Shown: positions 8,260-17,959, numbered from the stretch's first letter. The stretch is DNA of 64,000 nucleotides from Alphaproteobacteria bacterium (GCA_027485835.1 JAIXQG010000002.1:880681-944680); one strand, 5' to 3'. Numbers and translations are program-made. The notes: a model not told the origin generated them from the sequence alone.

Positions 8260-9156
8260 ATGACCACCATTACTCCGCAAATGATTAAGGACCTCCGCGA
8301 CCGCAGCGCCGCCGGTCTGGCTGATGTTAAAAAGGCTCTGGAAGCCACCGACGGCAATATTGAAGCTGCCATGGACTGGCTGCGCGAAAAGGGTATCTCC
8401 AAGGCTGCCAAGAAGAGTGGCCGCGCCGCTGCCGAAGGTATCGTGTGGGCCGTTTCCAACGGTAAAACCGGTGTGATGGTGGAAATCAACAGCGAGACCG
8501 ACTTCGCTGCCCGTAACGAGAGCTTCTCCGGCTTCGTGAAAAAGGTTGCCGATATCGCCCTGCAAAACGCCTGCGGCGATGCCGAAGCCATCAAGGCCCT
8601 GCCGTTTGAAGGTGGCAAGACCGTGGGTGAAGCCCTGACCGACCTGATTGCAACCGTAGGTGAAAACATGCAGCTGCGCCGCGCCGCCAAGCTGGAAAGT
8701 GCCGATGGTAACGTGGGTGCCTACATCCACATGGGTGGTAAGATTGGTGCGCTGGTTGCCGTATCCGGTGGCGATGTAGGTGAAGTGGCCCGTCAAGTTG
8801 CCATGCACGTCGCTGCCAGCAACCCTGCTGCCCTGGACCGCGACAGCATCGACCAAGACGTACTGGCCCGTGAAAAGGCGATTTTTGAAGCCCAAGCTGC
8901 CGAGAGCGGCAAGCCGGCCGCCGTTGTGGAAAAGATGGTGGAAGGCCGTGTGAGCAAGTTCTTGGAAGAGAGCTGCCTTGTTGAGCAAGCCTTTGTGATG
9001 GACCCCGACCGTAAGGTTGCCAAGGTTGTGGCTGATGCCAAGGCCGGTGCCAAGGTTTCTGGTTTTGTACGCTTTGGCTTGGGTGAAGGTGTTGAGAAGG
9101 AAGAATCCAACTTCGCTGAAGAGGTTATGCGTACTGCTGCTGGTAACGCTGCTTAA
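8260..9156 (+). CDS. tsf: Elongation factor Ts
   Basis: MTTITPQMIKDLRDRSAAGLADVKKALEATDGNIEAAMDWLREKG. No rpsB upstream. Confidence 0.95.
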   Translation: MTTITPQMIKDLRDRSAAGLADVKKALEATDGNIEAAMDWLREKGISKAAKKSGRAAAEGIVWAVSNGKTGVMVEINSETDFAARNESFSGFVKKVADIALQNACGDAEAIKALPFEGGKTVGEALTDLIATVGENMQLRRAAKLESADGNVGAYIHMGGKIGALVAVSGGDVGEVARQVAMHVAASNPAALDRDSIDQDVLAREKAIFEAQAAESGKPAAVVEKMVEGRVSKFLEESCLVEQAFVMDPDRKVAKVVADAKAGAKVSGFVRFGLGEGVEKEESNFAEEVMRTAAGNAA

Positions 9157-9173
9157 TTCGGCCTTTCTGAATG

Positions 9174-9200
9174 AAAACCCCTTCGGGGGTTTTTGTTTTA
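9174..9200 (+). terminator. Rho-independent terminator after tsf
   Basis: aaaaccccttcgggggttttt. Confidence 0.65.
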
Positions 9201-9231
9201 TGTGTAGGATGCTGCTGTTGTTAAGGAGATT

Positions 9232-9594
9232 TTGAAAATGAAGCTTGAGCCGAAGATGGCGGAGATTGCACCGGACCAGTTTTTTGCGGTGGATGTGCGG
9301 GTGGGGGTTGTGGTGGATGCCAAGCCGTTCCCGGAGGCGCGGAAGCCTGCGTACCAGATTTGGGTGGATTTTGGTGAGGCGTATGGGGTGAAGAAGACCT
9401 CGGCTCAGGTAGCCGTGCATTACACGCCCGAGGGCCTGATAGGGCGCAAGGTGCTGGGTTGGGTGAATGCACCTGCGCGGCAAATTGGCCCTTTTATGAG
9501 CGAGTTTTTGATTTTGGGTGTGCATGACGTTGACGGCGCGGTGTGTTTGCTTCAGGTAGACAGGGACGTACCAACAGGCGGGAGAATGAGTTAA
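9232..9594 (+). CDS. tRNA-binding domain protein (CsaA/EMAP-like)
   Basis: ~115 aa OB-fold-like sequence typical of CsaA/YgjH. Confidence 0.65.
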   Translation: MKMKLEPKMAEIAPDQFFAVDVRVGVVVDAKPFPEARKPAYQIWVDFGEAYGVKKTSAQVAVHYTPEGLIGRKVLGWVNAPARQIGPFMSEFLILGVHDVDGAVCLLQVDRDVPTGGRMS

Positions 9595-10169
9595 TGAGTT
9601 TTGCAGAATTAAAGAAGATGGCCGCGCCTCTGGACGATACGTTTGCAGTGTGGGGCTTTGGTGGCGGTTGGGCGATTGACGGAACCATCGGTAAGGTGAC
9701 GCGTGAGCACCATGATGTGGATATTTTCATTTTACGTGAGGATTTGGCTGAGTGGCGCGAGGTATGGCCGGAGGCGCTCTGGTATAAAATGGTTAATGAC
9801 CGAGAAGTAGAACTTGCTGACGGGGAAGAACCAGATGCGAGTGTACGCACGCTGCATGTCCGCGACGGTGAGGCGTTTTATGAAATTCTGCTGATGGAAA
9901 CCGAGGGCGATAACTGGGTGTACGAGCATGACGCCCGCGTGAAAATGCCGGTGGAAGAGGTGTTTGTGGCCGGTGTGGAGCGACTCTCGTTTGTGAACCC
10001 CGCGATTGCGTTGCTGATTAAGAGCAAACAGTTGCGTGAGAAGGACGTGAAAGATTTTAAGGCGGTGCTGCCGTTTTTGTCGGATTTTGAGCGCCAATGG
10101 CTGTTGCTGGCGTTACAGACCATGTATGGTGAGCACATTTGGATGGATGCATTAAAGGGAGCTAAGTAA
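9594..10169 (+). CDS. Nucleotidyltransferase of the ANT(2'')/Lnu (aminoglycoside/lincosamide nucleotidyltransferase) family
   Basis: WGFGGGWAIDGTIGKVTREHHDVDI matches the AadB-type motif WIGGGWAID..GRVTRKHDDIDL. TAATG overlaps on both sides (csaA upstream, pyrH downstream). Confidence 0.6.
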   Translation: MSFAELKKMAAPLDDTFAVWGFGGGWAIDGTIGKVTREHHDVDIFILREDLAEWREVWPEALWYKMVNDREVELADGEEPDASVRTLHVRDGEAFYEILLMETEGDNWVYEHDARVKMPVEEVFVAGVERLSFVNPAIALLIKSKQLREKDVKDFKAVLPFLSDFERQWLLLALQTMYGEHIWMDALKGAK

Positions 10170-10870
10170 TGGATTATAAGCGTATTGTTGTGAAGGTTTC
10201 GGGCGAGCGATTTGCCGGAGACCAGCACGAAAAGGTATTTGATGTCCACGCGATTGAAGACATTGCCGGTGAGATTAAAGCACTGGTGGACATGGGCATT
10301 CAGGTAGGCGTGGTAATTGGTGGCGGGAACATTGTGCGTGGTAAGGAAGCCGCCGCCGCCGGGATTATTGCCGCCCAAGCCCACCAGATGGGGATGCTGG
10401 CGATTGTGATTAACGCCCTTGCGCTGCAAAGCGTGCTGGAAGGCCAAGGCGTGCAAACCCGCGTGATGAGCGCGTTGACGATTGATACTGTGGCCGAGCC
10501 GTATATTCGTCGTCGTGCCATGCGCCATATGGAAAAGGGCCGCGTGGTGCTGTTTGCCGCGGGGATTGGGAACCCGTTCTTCAGCAGCGACACGGCTGGT
10601 GCGTTGCGCGCGATTGAGATCGGTGCCGAGATTTACGTCAAGGCCACCAAGGTGGACGGCATTTACACCGCCGACCCCGTGAAGGACCCGAATGCCAAGC
10701 ACTTGGCGGACATCAGCTACAAAGACGTGTTGGTGGACGACCTGAAGGTAATGGATGGCGCGGCGATTTCTCTCTGCCGCGAGAACCATATGCCGCTGAT
10801 GGTGTGCAAGGTGGGTGATGTGGTCAAAGCCCTTAAGGGTGAGGCGAAGTGCACCATTGTGCATGAGTAG
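10169..10870 (+). CDS. pyrH: UMP kinase
   Basis: IVVKVSGE ... GGGNIVRG ... FAAGIGNPFFSSDTAGALRAIEIGA. Confidence 0.95.
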   Translation: MDYKRIVVKVSGERFAGDQHEKVFDVHAIEDIAGEIKALVDMGIQVGVVIGGGNIVRGKEAAAAGIIAAQAHQMGMLAIVINALALQSVLEGQGVQTRVMSALTIDTVAEPYIRRRAMRHMEKGRVVLFAAGIGNPFFSSDTAGALRAIEIGAEIYVKATKVDGIYTADPVKDPNAKHLADISYKDVLVDDLKVMDGAAISLCRENHMPLMVCKVGDVVKALKGEAKCTIVHE

Positions 10871-10888
10871 GCTTAGGGGCTGATTAAC

Positions 10889-11020
10889 GGCGCGGGCTAA
10901 AACACTCCCCCAGCACTTCTTGGCGGGTCTGAAATACTCTCTTGTATTCGGCGCCCCGCCAATAAGCACTGGGATGAGCGTTTATAGCTCCGCGCGCGGG
11001 GGCAACGGCGCGTGGCGCCG
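10889..11020. repeat. MITE/REP-like intergenic repeat, copy B
   Basis: ggcgcgggctaaaacactcccccagcac ... tttatagctccgcgcgcggggg. Confidence 0.55.
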
Positions 11021-11077
11021 TGTTTTTTTAGGGCAGGTGGGTTGTGGCGTTGGGGTGTGAGGCGTAGAAGGTTGGGT

Positions 11078-12865
11078 ATGGTACGACATTCCTCCGATAA
11101 AAAAGCGAAAACGTCAGTGGACAAGGCGACGCAGAAGCGGACGCAGCGGTTTTTGTGGGAGTTGGTACGGCCTTATAAGTGGCGGCTGCTGGGCGGGAGC
11201 CTGATGCTGGTGGTGAGTGCGGGGGCGATGCTGGCGTTGCCGCAGTATTTGCGGCACATGTTTGATACCGCGCTGCGCACCGGTGATAAGGCGCAGTTGG
11301 GCGTGCTGGCGGGCATGATGTTTGGCACTGTTTTGGTGATGGTGGTCAGTATTTTTGCGCGGACGTGGTTGATTCAGTACAGTTCGACGTCGATTTTGGC
11401 CGAATTGCGGCGCCGCCTTGCGAATACGCTGTTGATGCAGGACGTGCGTTTTTTTGAGAACCGTTCTTCGGGGGAATTGGTCAGCCGGATGGCGTCGGAT
11501 ACGACGTCGGTGCGGGAGTTTTTGCACATGGCGGCGCCGCAGTTGGTGCGGGGGATTTTTCTAGGATTAGGGACCTTGTTGGCGTTGCTTTATACTAGCC
11601 CGAGTTTGACGCTGGTGCTGGTGGTGGCGTGTTTGCCGATTGCGTTGATCGGGCGGTTTTTGGGGACCTCGATCCGTTCTACCGTACGGCAGCAGCAGGA
11701 TAACATGGCTGGGTTTGGTGGGGCTTTGGAAGAGGCCGTGGCTAATATCCGAACCATTTTAGCCTTTAACCAGCAGCCGCGCCTGATGGCGGATATGGAA
11801 GAGCGCACGCAGGATATGCAGCGCGTGGGCAACCGCTTGGCGACGATACGCTCGGGGTTTGTGGCGGTGAACGTAGTGGTCGGTTTTTCGGCACTGATTG
11901 GCGTAGTGTGGCTGGGCGGTGTGCGGGTGATGGAAGGGGCGATGAGCCTTGGCGATATGATGGCATTTTTGCTGTATTTAGCGTTTGCGGCGGATGCGGC
12001 GGGGAATATCACCAATTTTTGGCCGGCGTGGCAGGGGGTTTTAGGATCGACCGAGCGGATTATCGGGATTTTGGACAGCAAGCCGGAGATTGCCGAGCCG
12101 AAGAAGGCTAAGGCTTTGCCGGTGGCGAAGGGTGGGCGTGGGATTGTTTTGAAGAACGTGCGGTATGTTTACCCCGCACGGCCTGATACCGCGGCGCTGG
12201 ATGGCTTGGAGATGGCGATTGCGGCGGGGCAGAACGTGGCGGTGGTGGGGCCGAGTGGCGCTGGGAAATCGACGTTGTTTAGATTGTTTTTACGTTTGGA
12301 TGATGTGACCGAGGGTAAGTTGCTGTTGGACGGCGTGGACGTGCGTGAGGCCGGTTTGGCGGATTTGCGCCGGCAGTTTGCGCTGGTGGCGCAGGAAAGC
12401 CCGCTCTTCAGCGGTACGGTGGCGTTTAATGTGCGCTTTGCCAAGCCGGATGCCACCGATGATGAAGTGTGGGCTGCCTTGAAGGCGGCCCATGCTGATG
12501 GGTTTGTGAAGGCCTTGCCGAAGGGTTTAAAGACGCCGGTGGGTGAGAAGGGCGTGCAGCTAAGTGGCGGGCAACGTCAGCGGATTGCGATTGCGCGGGC
12601 GGTGCTGGCCGATGCACCGGTGCTGTTGCTGGATGAGGCCACCGCGCACTTGGATAGCGAGAGCGAGGCGGCGATTCAGGCCGCGCTAACGACCGTGGGC
12701 AAGGGGCGGACGGTGGTGACGATTGCGCATAGATTATCCACTGTGAAAAATGCCGATGTGATTTTTGTGATGGATAAGGGACGTGTGGTGGCTTCGGGGA
12801 CGCATGGCGAGTTGATGAAGAGTAGTTCGCTTTATAAGGCGTTGGCGGCTATTCAGCTTGGTTAA
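11078..12865 (+). CDS. ABC transporter, fused permease/ATPase (MsbA-like exporter)
   Basis: Six-TM N-terminal domain. Walker A GPSGAGKST, signature LSGGQRQR, Walker B LLLDEAT. Confidence 0.85.
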   Translation: MVRHSSDKKAKTSVDKATQKRTQRFLWELVRPYKWRLLGGSLMLVVSAGAMLALPQYLRHMFDTALRTGDKAQLGVLAGMMFGTVLVMVVSIFARTWLIQYSSTSILAELRRRLANTLLMQDVRFFENRSSGELVSRMASDTTSVREFLHMAAPQLVRGIFLGLGTLLALLYTSPSLTLVLVVACLPIALIGRFLGTSIRSTVRQQQDNMAGFGGALEEAVANIRTILAFNQQPRLMADMEERTQDMQRVGNRLATIRSGFVAVNVVVGFSALIGVVWLGGVRVMEGAMSLGDMMAFLLYLAFAADAAGNITNFWPAWQGVLGSTERIIGILDSKPEIAEPKKAKALPVAKGGRGIVLKNVRYVYPARPDTAALDGLEMAIAAGQNVAVVGPSGAGKSTLFRLFLRLDDVTEGKLLLDGVDVREAGLADLRRQFALVAQESPLFSGTVAFNVRFAKPDATDDEVWAALKAAHADGFVKALPKGLKTPVGEKGVQLSGGQRQRIAIARAVLADAPVLLLDEATAHLDSESEAAIQAALTTVGKGRTVVTIAHRLSTVKNADVIFVMDKGRVVASGTHGELMKSSSLYKALAAIQLG

Positions 12866-12903
12866 AACGAAACGCCCCGAACCATCATGGTTGGGGGCGT
12901 TCG
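12866..12903. terminator. Bidirectional hairpin terminator
   Basis: aacgccccgaacc / ggttgggggcgtt inverted repeat. Confidence 0.55.
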
Positions 12904-12994
12904 GTGGCGACATCATGTCGCCTTGCGTTTTTTGCTCCGCAGGTAAGCCAGCAGGGCGGCAATGTCATTGAAGTCGACATTGTCGTTTGCTGGT

Positions 12995-13300
12995 TTAAGC
13001 TGCATGGGCTTGCTCCTGCATCATTTCGATGAGGGCGCGGGCCCGGCGGACGTAGCGGGTCATGTCGTCAATATCGAACCTCGGGCGGGAGAGTTCGGGT
13101 GGGACGATAGGCACGATGCGGCCGTCTCGCACTTCCGTGCGGAGCGGGAAGCGGCGGATGTGCCGTTCTTCCCTGATTTCCTCGATCCGTTGGAGAATCC
13201 GTTGCTGTTCTTCCAAGTTGAATTCGAACGCGAGGCGTTCGGTTAACTTGGATTCAAGGGCTTTGAGATTCTCAAGGGAGTGAGAGGAGAGATTTGTCAT
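12995..13300 (-). CDS. Hypothetical charged protein (101 aa)
   Basis: ORF only. Confidence 0.35.
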   Translation of the reverse strand: MTNLSSHSLENLKALESKLTERLAFEFNLEEQQRILQRIEEIREERHIRRFPLRTEVRDGRIVPIVPPELSRPRFDIDDMTRYVRRARALIEMMQEQAHAA

Positions 13301-13421
13301 TGTTAAGAATCCTTATTAACGGATGTTAAAGGGGATCCCTGTTTTAAAATGGTCTTTTTATAGTTCGATAGTCGGTAGTAAGACCTTTGATATAGGGGCT
13401 GCGGAAGGGATTTACAAGGGG

Positions 13422-14207
13422 TTAGGCCTTGCGGGGGCCGGATTCGGCGAGGAGGGTGAAGCCGAGGACGGCAAGGATGATGGCGAGGCCGGGGAAGGTG
13501 ATGAGCCACCACGCGGCTTCAATCACGGCTTTGCCCTCGGTGAGCATAGCACCCCAGCTGGCGGTGGGCGGTTGTACGCCGAGGCCCAGGTAGCTGAGGC
13601 CGGCTTCGGTGAGGATGGCGCCAGCGAGGCCGAGGCTCATGCTGGTAATGACCGGTGGCAGGGCGTTGGGGAGGATGTGGCGCCACGCCTTATGGGTGTT
13701 GGAGGCGCCTGCCAAGGTTGCCGCCTCGACAAAGCTGCGGCCGCGAAGGGAGAGGACCTCGGCGCGGACGAGGCGGGCGATGCCCATCCAGCCGGTGGCG
13801 CCGATGACGACCATGACGTTCATGAGGCTGGGGGTTAGGAAGGCGATGACCGCCAAAATCAGGAAAATGGTGGGGAAGCAGAGCATGACGTCGGTGGCGC
13901 GCATCAGGGCGGCATCCAGCCAGCGCGGGCCCATGCCGGCGGCGGTGCCGATGACAATGCCGAGGCCGGTGGCAAGGCCGACGGCCACCAAACCGACCGA
14001 GAGGCTGGTGCGGGCGCCGTAGAGCAGGCGGGTGAGGACATCGCGGCCGAGGCCATCGGTGCCCAACAGGAAGGTGGCGCCGGGCTCGCGGAGGACGTCG
14101 TAGAGATGGAGGTCGTTTGGCCCAAACGGCGTGAGCCACGGTGCCAACAGCGCGGCCAGCAGGGTTATGCTTACCAGTATCAAACCTGCCACACGCCATT
14201 TGCTCAT
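13422..14207 (-). CDS. ABC peptide/nickel-type transporter permease (DppC/OppC-like)
   Basis: Binding-protein-dependent transport permease pattern. Six TM segments. Confidence 0.85.
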   Translation of the reverse strand: MSKWRVAGLILVSITLLAALLAPWLTPFGPNDLHLYDVLREPGATFLLGTDGLGRDVLTRLLYGARTSLSVGLVAVGLATGLGIVIGTAAGMGPRWLDAALMRATDVMLCFPTIFLILAVIAFLTPSLMNVMVVIGATGWMGIARLVRAEVLSLRGRSFVEAATLAGASNTHKAWRHILPNALPPVITSMSLGLAGAILTEAGLSYLGLGVQPPTASWGAMLTEGKAVIEAAWWLITFPGLAIILAVLGFTLLAESGPRKA

Positions 14208-14461
14208 GGACCTAACATAGCGGGTTGGGGGGTTGATGGCTAGGCCATCGCATCCCATAATAGCACCATGAACATAAGGCTATCTGGTAAAAGACTGATA
14301 CGACCTGAACGGGCTGAAAATGCGTCTGGATTCTGCTTTGCTTGGCGTCAAATAGTCCCCGCTATTAGCCGCCAATCCCAACACAACCAGTCGCCTTTTC
14401 ATCTCCGTCATCTCGCACCAGCCTTTCACCAGATAACCTTTCCTTACTGGTGTTGACTATG

Positions 14462-15115
14462 CGGGAGGTGCCTGACATGAACGGCGCTTCCCCTCCAAGC
14501 GTACCTGCGCACGTGTTTAACAGCCACCGCACGCTGCTGTTGAATGCCGATTATTCTCCCTTTAGTTACCCGCTGGAGCCGCTGAACGCGGAAGATACGA
14601 TTAAGGGCCTGTGTTTGGGCCGTTATGTGGTGGTGGAGTGGAGCGAGACGTTTGCGCATAGCCCGAGTTTGGAAATGCGGTTACCGAGCGTGGTGGCGGT
14701 GAAGGAGTATGTGACCGATGCGGGGCTGTATGGGGTGCCTGCGTGTAATATCGGGAACCTTTACGTGCGGGATAAGGGCCTGTGCCAGTACACGGGGCGG
14801 GAGCTGAAGCTGCATGGCGCAGGGACGCATACGCTGGCGACGATGGACCATGTGATCCCCAAAAGCCGGGGCGGGTTGCTGACGTGGGAGAATACCGTGT
14901 TGGCCAGCCAATACGCCAACAATGCCAAGGGCGATAAAAGCCTGAAGGATTTTGGGATGCCGCTGCTAAACACGCCGTGGGTGCCGCGGGGGGGGGATTT
15001 GCTGTACTTGTGGCTGACCGAAGAGCGTTTGGCCAGTTTGCCGCAAACGTGGCATGCGTTTTTGCAGGTGGTGCCGACACCTGCGCTGCGGCGGGTTTTG
15101 GAGGCGGCGGCGTAA
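14462..15115 (+). CDS. HNH endonuclease-domain protein
   Basis: DHVIPKSRGG..TWEN ... NNAKGDKSL HNH motif. Native-like codon usage. Confidence 0.7.
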   Translation, partial: REVPDMNGASPPSVPAHVFNSHRTLLLNADYSPFSYPLEPLNAEDTIKGLCLGRYVVVEWSETFAHSPSLEMRLPSVVAVKEYVTDAGLYGVPACNIGNLYVRDKGLCQYTGRELKLHGAGTHTLATMDHVIPKSRGGLLTWENTVLASQYANNAKGDKSLKDFGMPLLNTPWVPRGGDLLYLWLTEERLASLPQTWHAFLQVVPTPALRRVLEAAA

Positions 15116-15208
15116 GGGAGGAATTAGGAGGCGGAAGAGCTTTAATAACGCCGTTATGCCTCTAAAGACCGGATGACCATGGGTGGCCGGTCTTTTTTGT
15201 GTGGTGTG

Positions 15209-16171
15209 TTAGTTGGTGGTGCGGGGGTCGGCGTAGGCGTAGGCGAGGTCGGCCAGCAGGTTGCCGAGGAGGGTGAGGATGGCGCCGAGGGTGAGGAGGG
15301 CCATGATGGTGGGGTAGTCGCGCATCATCACCGCCGTGTAGAACAACTGGCCGAGGCCGGGGAGGGCGAAGAGGCTCTCGAGAATCACGCTACCGCCGAT
15401 GAGGCCGGGTACGCTGAGGCCGAGGATGGTGATGAGCGGCAGCAGCGAATTGCGCAGGGCGTGGGTGAGCGTGCGCAGTTGGCTGGCGCCTTTGGCGCGG
15501 GCGGTGAGGATGTAGTCTTGTTGCAGGGATTCTATCGTGCTGGCGCGGACAAAACGGGTGATGCCGGCGATGCTGCCGAGCACGCCGACGGCGAGCGGGA
15601 GGGCGAGGTGGTGCAAAAGGTCGAGTGTGCGGGGCAGGAACGACCAGTTTTCCGCGCCAAAGCTATACAGGCCCGAGAGCGGAACCCAGCCCAAGGTAAT
15701 GCCGAAGAACTGCATGCCAAGCAATGCCAGCCAGACGCCGGGGGCGGCGAGGAAGAGGTAGAGGACGAGGGTGGAGATACTATCGCGCAGGCTAAACGGT
15801 TTGGAGGCGACCCAGATGCCGAGGGGAATGGCGGGGAGCAGCGTGAGCAGCAGGCCGGAGAGGTTGAGCCAGAGGGTGAGGGGGAGGGCTTCCATCAGTT
15901 TGTCCCAGACCGGGCGGCCATCTGGCGCCAGAGAGGTGCCGAGGTTGCCTTGCAGCAGGTTGCCGAGCCAGAGGAGGTATTGCTGCCAGATGGGTTTGTC
16001 CAGCCCGTAGGCGGCCTGCATGGCGGCGTTGGCGTGGGCTTTGGGGTCGAGGTCGCCCATTAACTGCGTGGGGTCTCCCGGTGCCAAGTGCATGACGGCG
16101 AAGCAGAGGATGGTGACACCGAGGAGAAGCGGTAAAGCTGAAAGCAGGCGTTGAAGGGTGTAGGTGAGCAT
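15209..16171 (-). CDS. ABC peptide/nickel-type transporter permease (DppB/OppB-like)
   Basis: N-terminus MLTYTLQRLLSALPLLLGVTILCFAVMHLAPGDP is typical of DppB. Confidence 0.85.
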   Translation of the reverse strand: MLTYTLQRLLSALPLLLGVTILCFAVMHLAPGDPTQLMGDLDPKAHANAAMQAAYGLDKPIWQQYLLWLGNLLQGNLGTSLAPDGRPVWDKLMEALPLTLWLNLSGLLLTLLPAIPLGIWVASKPFSLRDSISTLVLYLFLAAPGVWLALLGMQFFGITLGWVPLSGLYSFGAENWSFLPRTLDLLHHLALPLAVGVLGSIAGITRFVRASTIESLQQDYILTARAKGASQLRTLTHALRNSLLPLITILGLSVPGLIGGSVILESLFALPGLGQLFYTAVMMRDYPTIMALLTLGAILTLLGNLLADLAYAYADPRTTN

Positions 16172-16217
16172 GGTAGCATCGTAGCGTTATTACCTGGCTC
16201 CGCCAAACAGAAAGACA

Positions 16218-16793
16218 GTGATCATGCGTACCGCTCCGGCAAGCTATAACCTGATTGATAAAACCCTGCACTGGGCGATGGCGCTGGTGATTGTGGGGAT
16301 GCTGGCAAGCGGTTTGCTGATGGATTATGTGCAGCCGCTGGCGCTGAAGTTTCAGGTGATCCAGTTGCATAAATCGTTTGGGATATTGGTGCTGGTGCTG
16401 GCGTTTACGCGGGTGTTCTGGCGCTTTACCAACCCGACGCCACGCCTGCCGCTGGGTATGCCACGTTGGCAGAATGCGATTGCACATGGCACCCACCTTG
16501 CGCTGTACGGCTTGATGTTTGTGATGCCGTTTAGCGGGTGGATGATGTCGGATGCCAAGGGGTATCACCCGAATTTCTTTGGGTTGCCGGTGCCGATGCT
16601 GGGTGAGGTAGACCGTGCGGCGGGGCGTGTGCTGGGGGATGTGCATGAGTATGGTGCCTACCTGCTGATGGCGTTGCTGGCGGCGCATATGGGTGCCGCG
16701 CTGTATCATCACTTTATTGTGAAGGATGATATTCTGGCGCGGATGTTACCGGCCCGTTGCGGTAAAGGTAGCGGTTGCTGCTGCAAGCATTAA
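16218..16793 (+). CDS. Cytochrome b561 family protein
   Basis: Four TM helices, conserved His residues, N-terminus typical of the b561 family. Confidence 0.75.
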   Translation: MIMRTAPASYNLIDKTLHWAMALVIVGMLASGLLMDYVQPLALKFQVIQLHKSFGILVLVLAFTRVFWRFTNPTPRLPLGMPRWQNAIAHGTHLALYGLMFVMPFSGWMMSDAKGYHPNFFGLPVPMLGEVDRAAGRVLGDVHEYGAYLLMALLAAHMGAALYHHFIVKDDILARMLPARCGKGSGCCCKH

Positions 16794-16830
16794 AGATATT
16801 CAATCAACAAAAAAACGAAAGGGTAGGGGT

Positions 16831-17385
16831 ATGCGTTACGGCATGATGATGGTAGCGGGTTTGATGGCGGTAAGCGCGCAGGGATTTGCGGCGACGCAAT
16901 GGGCGGTAGACCCTGCCGCGAGCAAACTGGAATGGCAGGCGGCGTTTAATGGTCAGGCCGTGAAAGGCGAGTTCAAGAGCTGGGTGGCGGCGATTGCGTT
17001 TGATGAGAAGGATTTGCAAACCTCCAAGATTAAGGTGGATGTGCAGCTTGGGAGTGTGGACAGCGGCGATGACGACCGTGATGGCACACTGAAGGGCGCC
17101 GAGTTTTTTAATGTGGCGGCGACCCCTGTGGCGGTGTTTGAGAGTTCGCACATCGTGAAAGAAGGCAACGGTTACGTGGCCGATGGTACCCTGACCCTTG
17201 CCGGTGTGAAAAAGGGTGTGAGCCTGCCGTTTACCGTTGTGATTGCGAATGGCAAGGCCGAGGCCAAGGGCAAGCTCACCCTCAGCCGTAAGGATTTTGG
17301 CGTAGGGAAAGGCCAGTGGGCGACCTCGACCGAAATTGCCGACAAAGTGGACGTGCTGGTGCATGTGAAGGCGAGCGCGAAGTAA
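16831..17385 (+). CDS. YceI-like periplasmic protein
   Basis: Signal peptide plus YceI-like sequence. Commonly paired with cytochrome b561. Confidence 0.75.
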   Translation: MRYGMMMVAGLMAVSAQGFAATQWAVDPAASKLEWQAAFNGQAVKGEFKSWVAAIAFDEKDLQTSKIKVDVQLGSVDSGDDDRDGTLKGAEFFNVAATPVAVFESSHIVKEGNGYVADGTLTLAGVKKGVSLPFTVVIANGKAEAKGKLTLSRKDFGVGKGQWATSTEIADKVDVLVHVKASAK

Positions 17386-17393
17386 GACATAGA

Positions 17394-17900
17394 ATGGCGG
17401 GTGTCGGGCGGACGATTATTTTAGGGCTCGACCCCGGGCTGGAGCATACCGGTTACGGTGTGATTGCTGTGGAAGGGAACCGCCATACCTTTATGGCGGC
17501 GGGGCGTGTGACGACCAAGGCCAGTGACCCGATACCCCTGCGGTTGGCGCAGTTGGCGGCGGGGATTGGTGAGGTTATTAAGGTGTATTCTCCGACCGAG
17601 GCGGCGGTGGAAGAGGTGTTTGTGAATGTGAATGCCCGCAGCAGCCTGAAATTGGGCCAGGCGCGTGGCGTGAGCCTGTTGGTGCCGAGCCAGCACGGGT
17701 TACCGGTGCATGAGTATGCGGCGCGGCTGGTGAAGCAGTCGGTAGTTGGCAAAGGTGGCGCCGAGAAAACGCAGGTGGCGCATATGGTGGGCGTGTTGTT
17801 GCCCGGCTGTGGCAAGTTGCCGGCCGATGCGACCGATGCACTGGCCGTGGCGCTGACGCATGCGCATCATCGGACATTTGCGCGGGTGTTGGCGGGCTAA
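17394..17900 (+). CDS. ruvC: Holliday junction resolvase RuvC
   Basis: ILGLDPGLEHTGYGVI. Confidence 0.9.
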   Translation: MAGVGRTIILGLDPGLEHTGYGVIAVEGNRHTFMAAGRVTTKASDPIPLRLAQLAAGIGEVIKVYSPTEAAVEEVFVNVNARSSLKLGQARGVSLLVPSQHGLPVHEYAARLVKQSVVGKGGAEKTQVAHMVGVLLPGCGKLPADATDALAVALTHAHHRTFARVLAG

Positions 17901-17919
17901 AAGCCTGTATTTAAGAATA

Positions 17920-17953
17920 AAAAAACGCACGTCTGGGGGACGTGCGTTTTTTC
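17920..17953 (+). terminator. Rho-independent terminator after ruvC
   Basis: aacgcacgtctgggggacgtgcgtttttt. Confidence 0.7.
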
Positions 17954-17959
17954 GGCTGA

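Noticed and set aside
12936-13003. 30-aa minus-strand mini-ORF overlapping the stop of the 101-aa gene
   Set aside because: Too short, and no supporting signal.
15173-16063. Long antisense ORFs overlapping real genes (e.g. 15173-16063 +, 5678-6664 -, 8239-9525 -, 9878-10969 -, 13323-13838 +, 18440-19408 -, 23195-24082 +, 29633-30541 -, 32464-33399 -, 37603-38835 -, 40971-42116 -)
   Set aside because: These are shadow ORFs typical of GC-rich DNA. Their products are Arg/Pro/His-rich with no domain, and the opposite strand carries well-supported genes.
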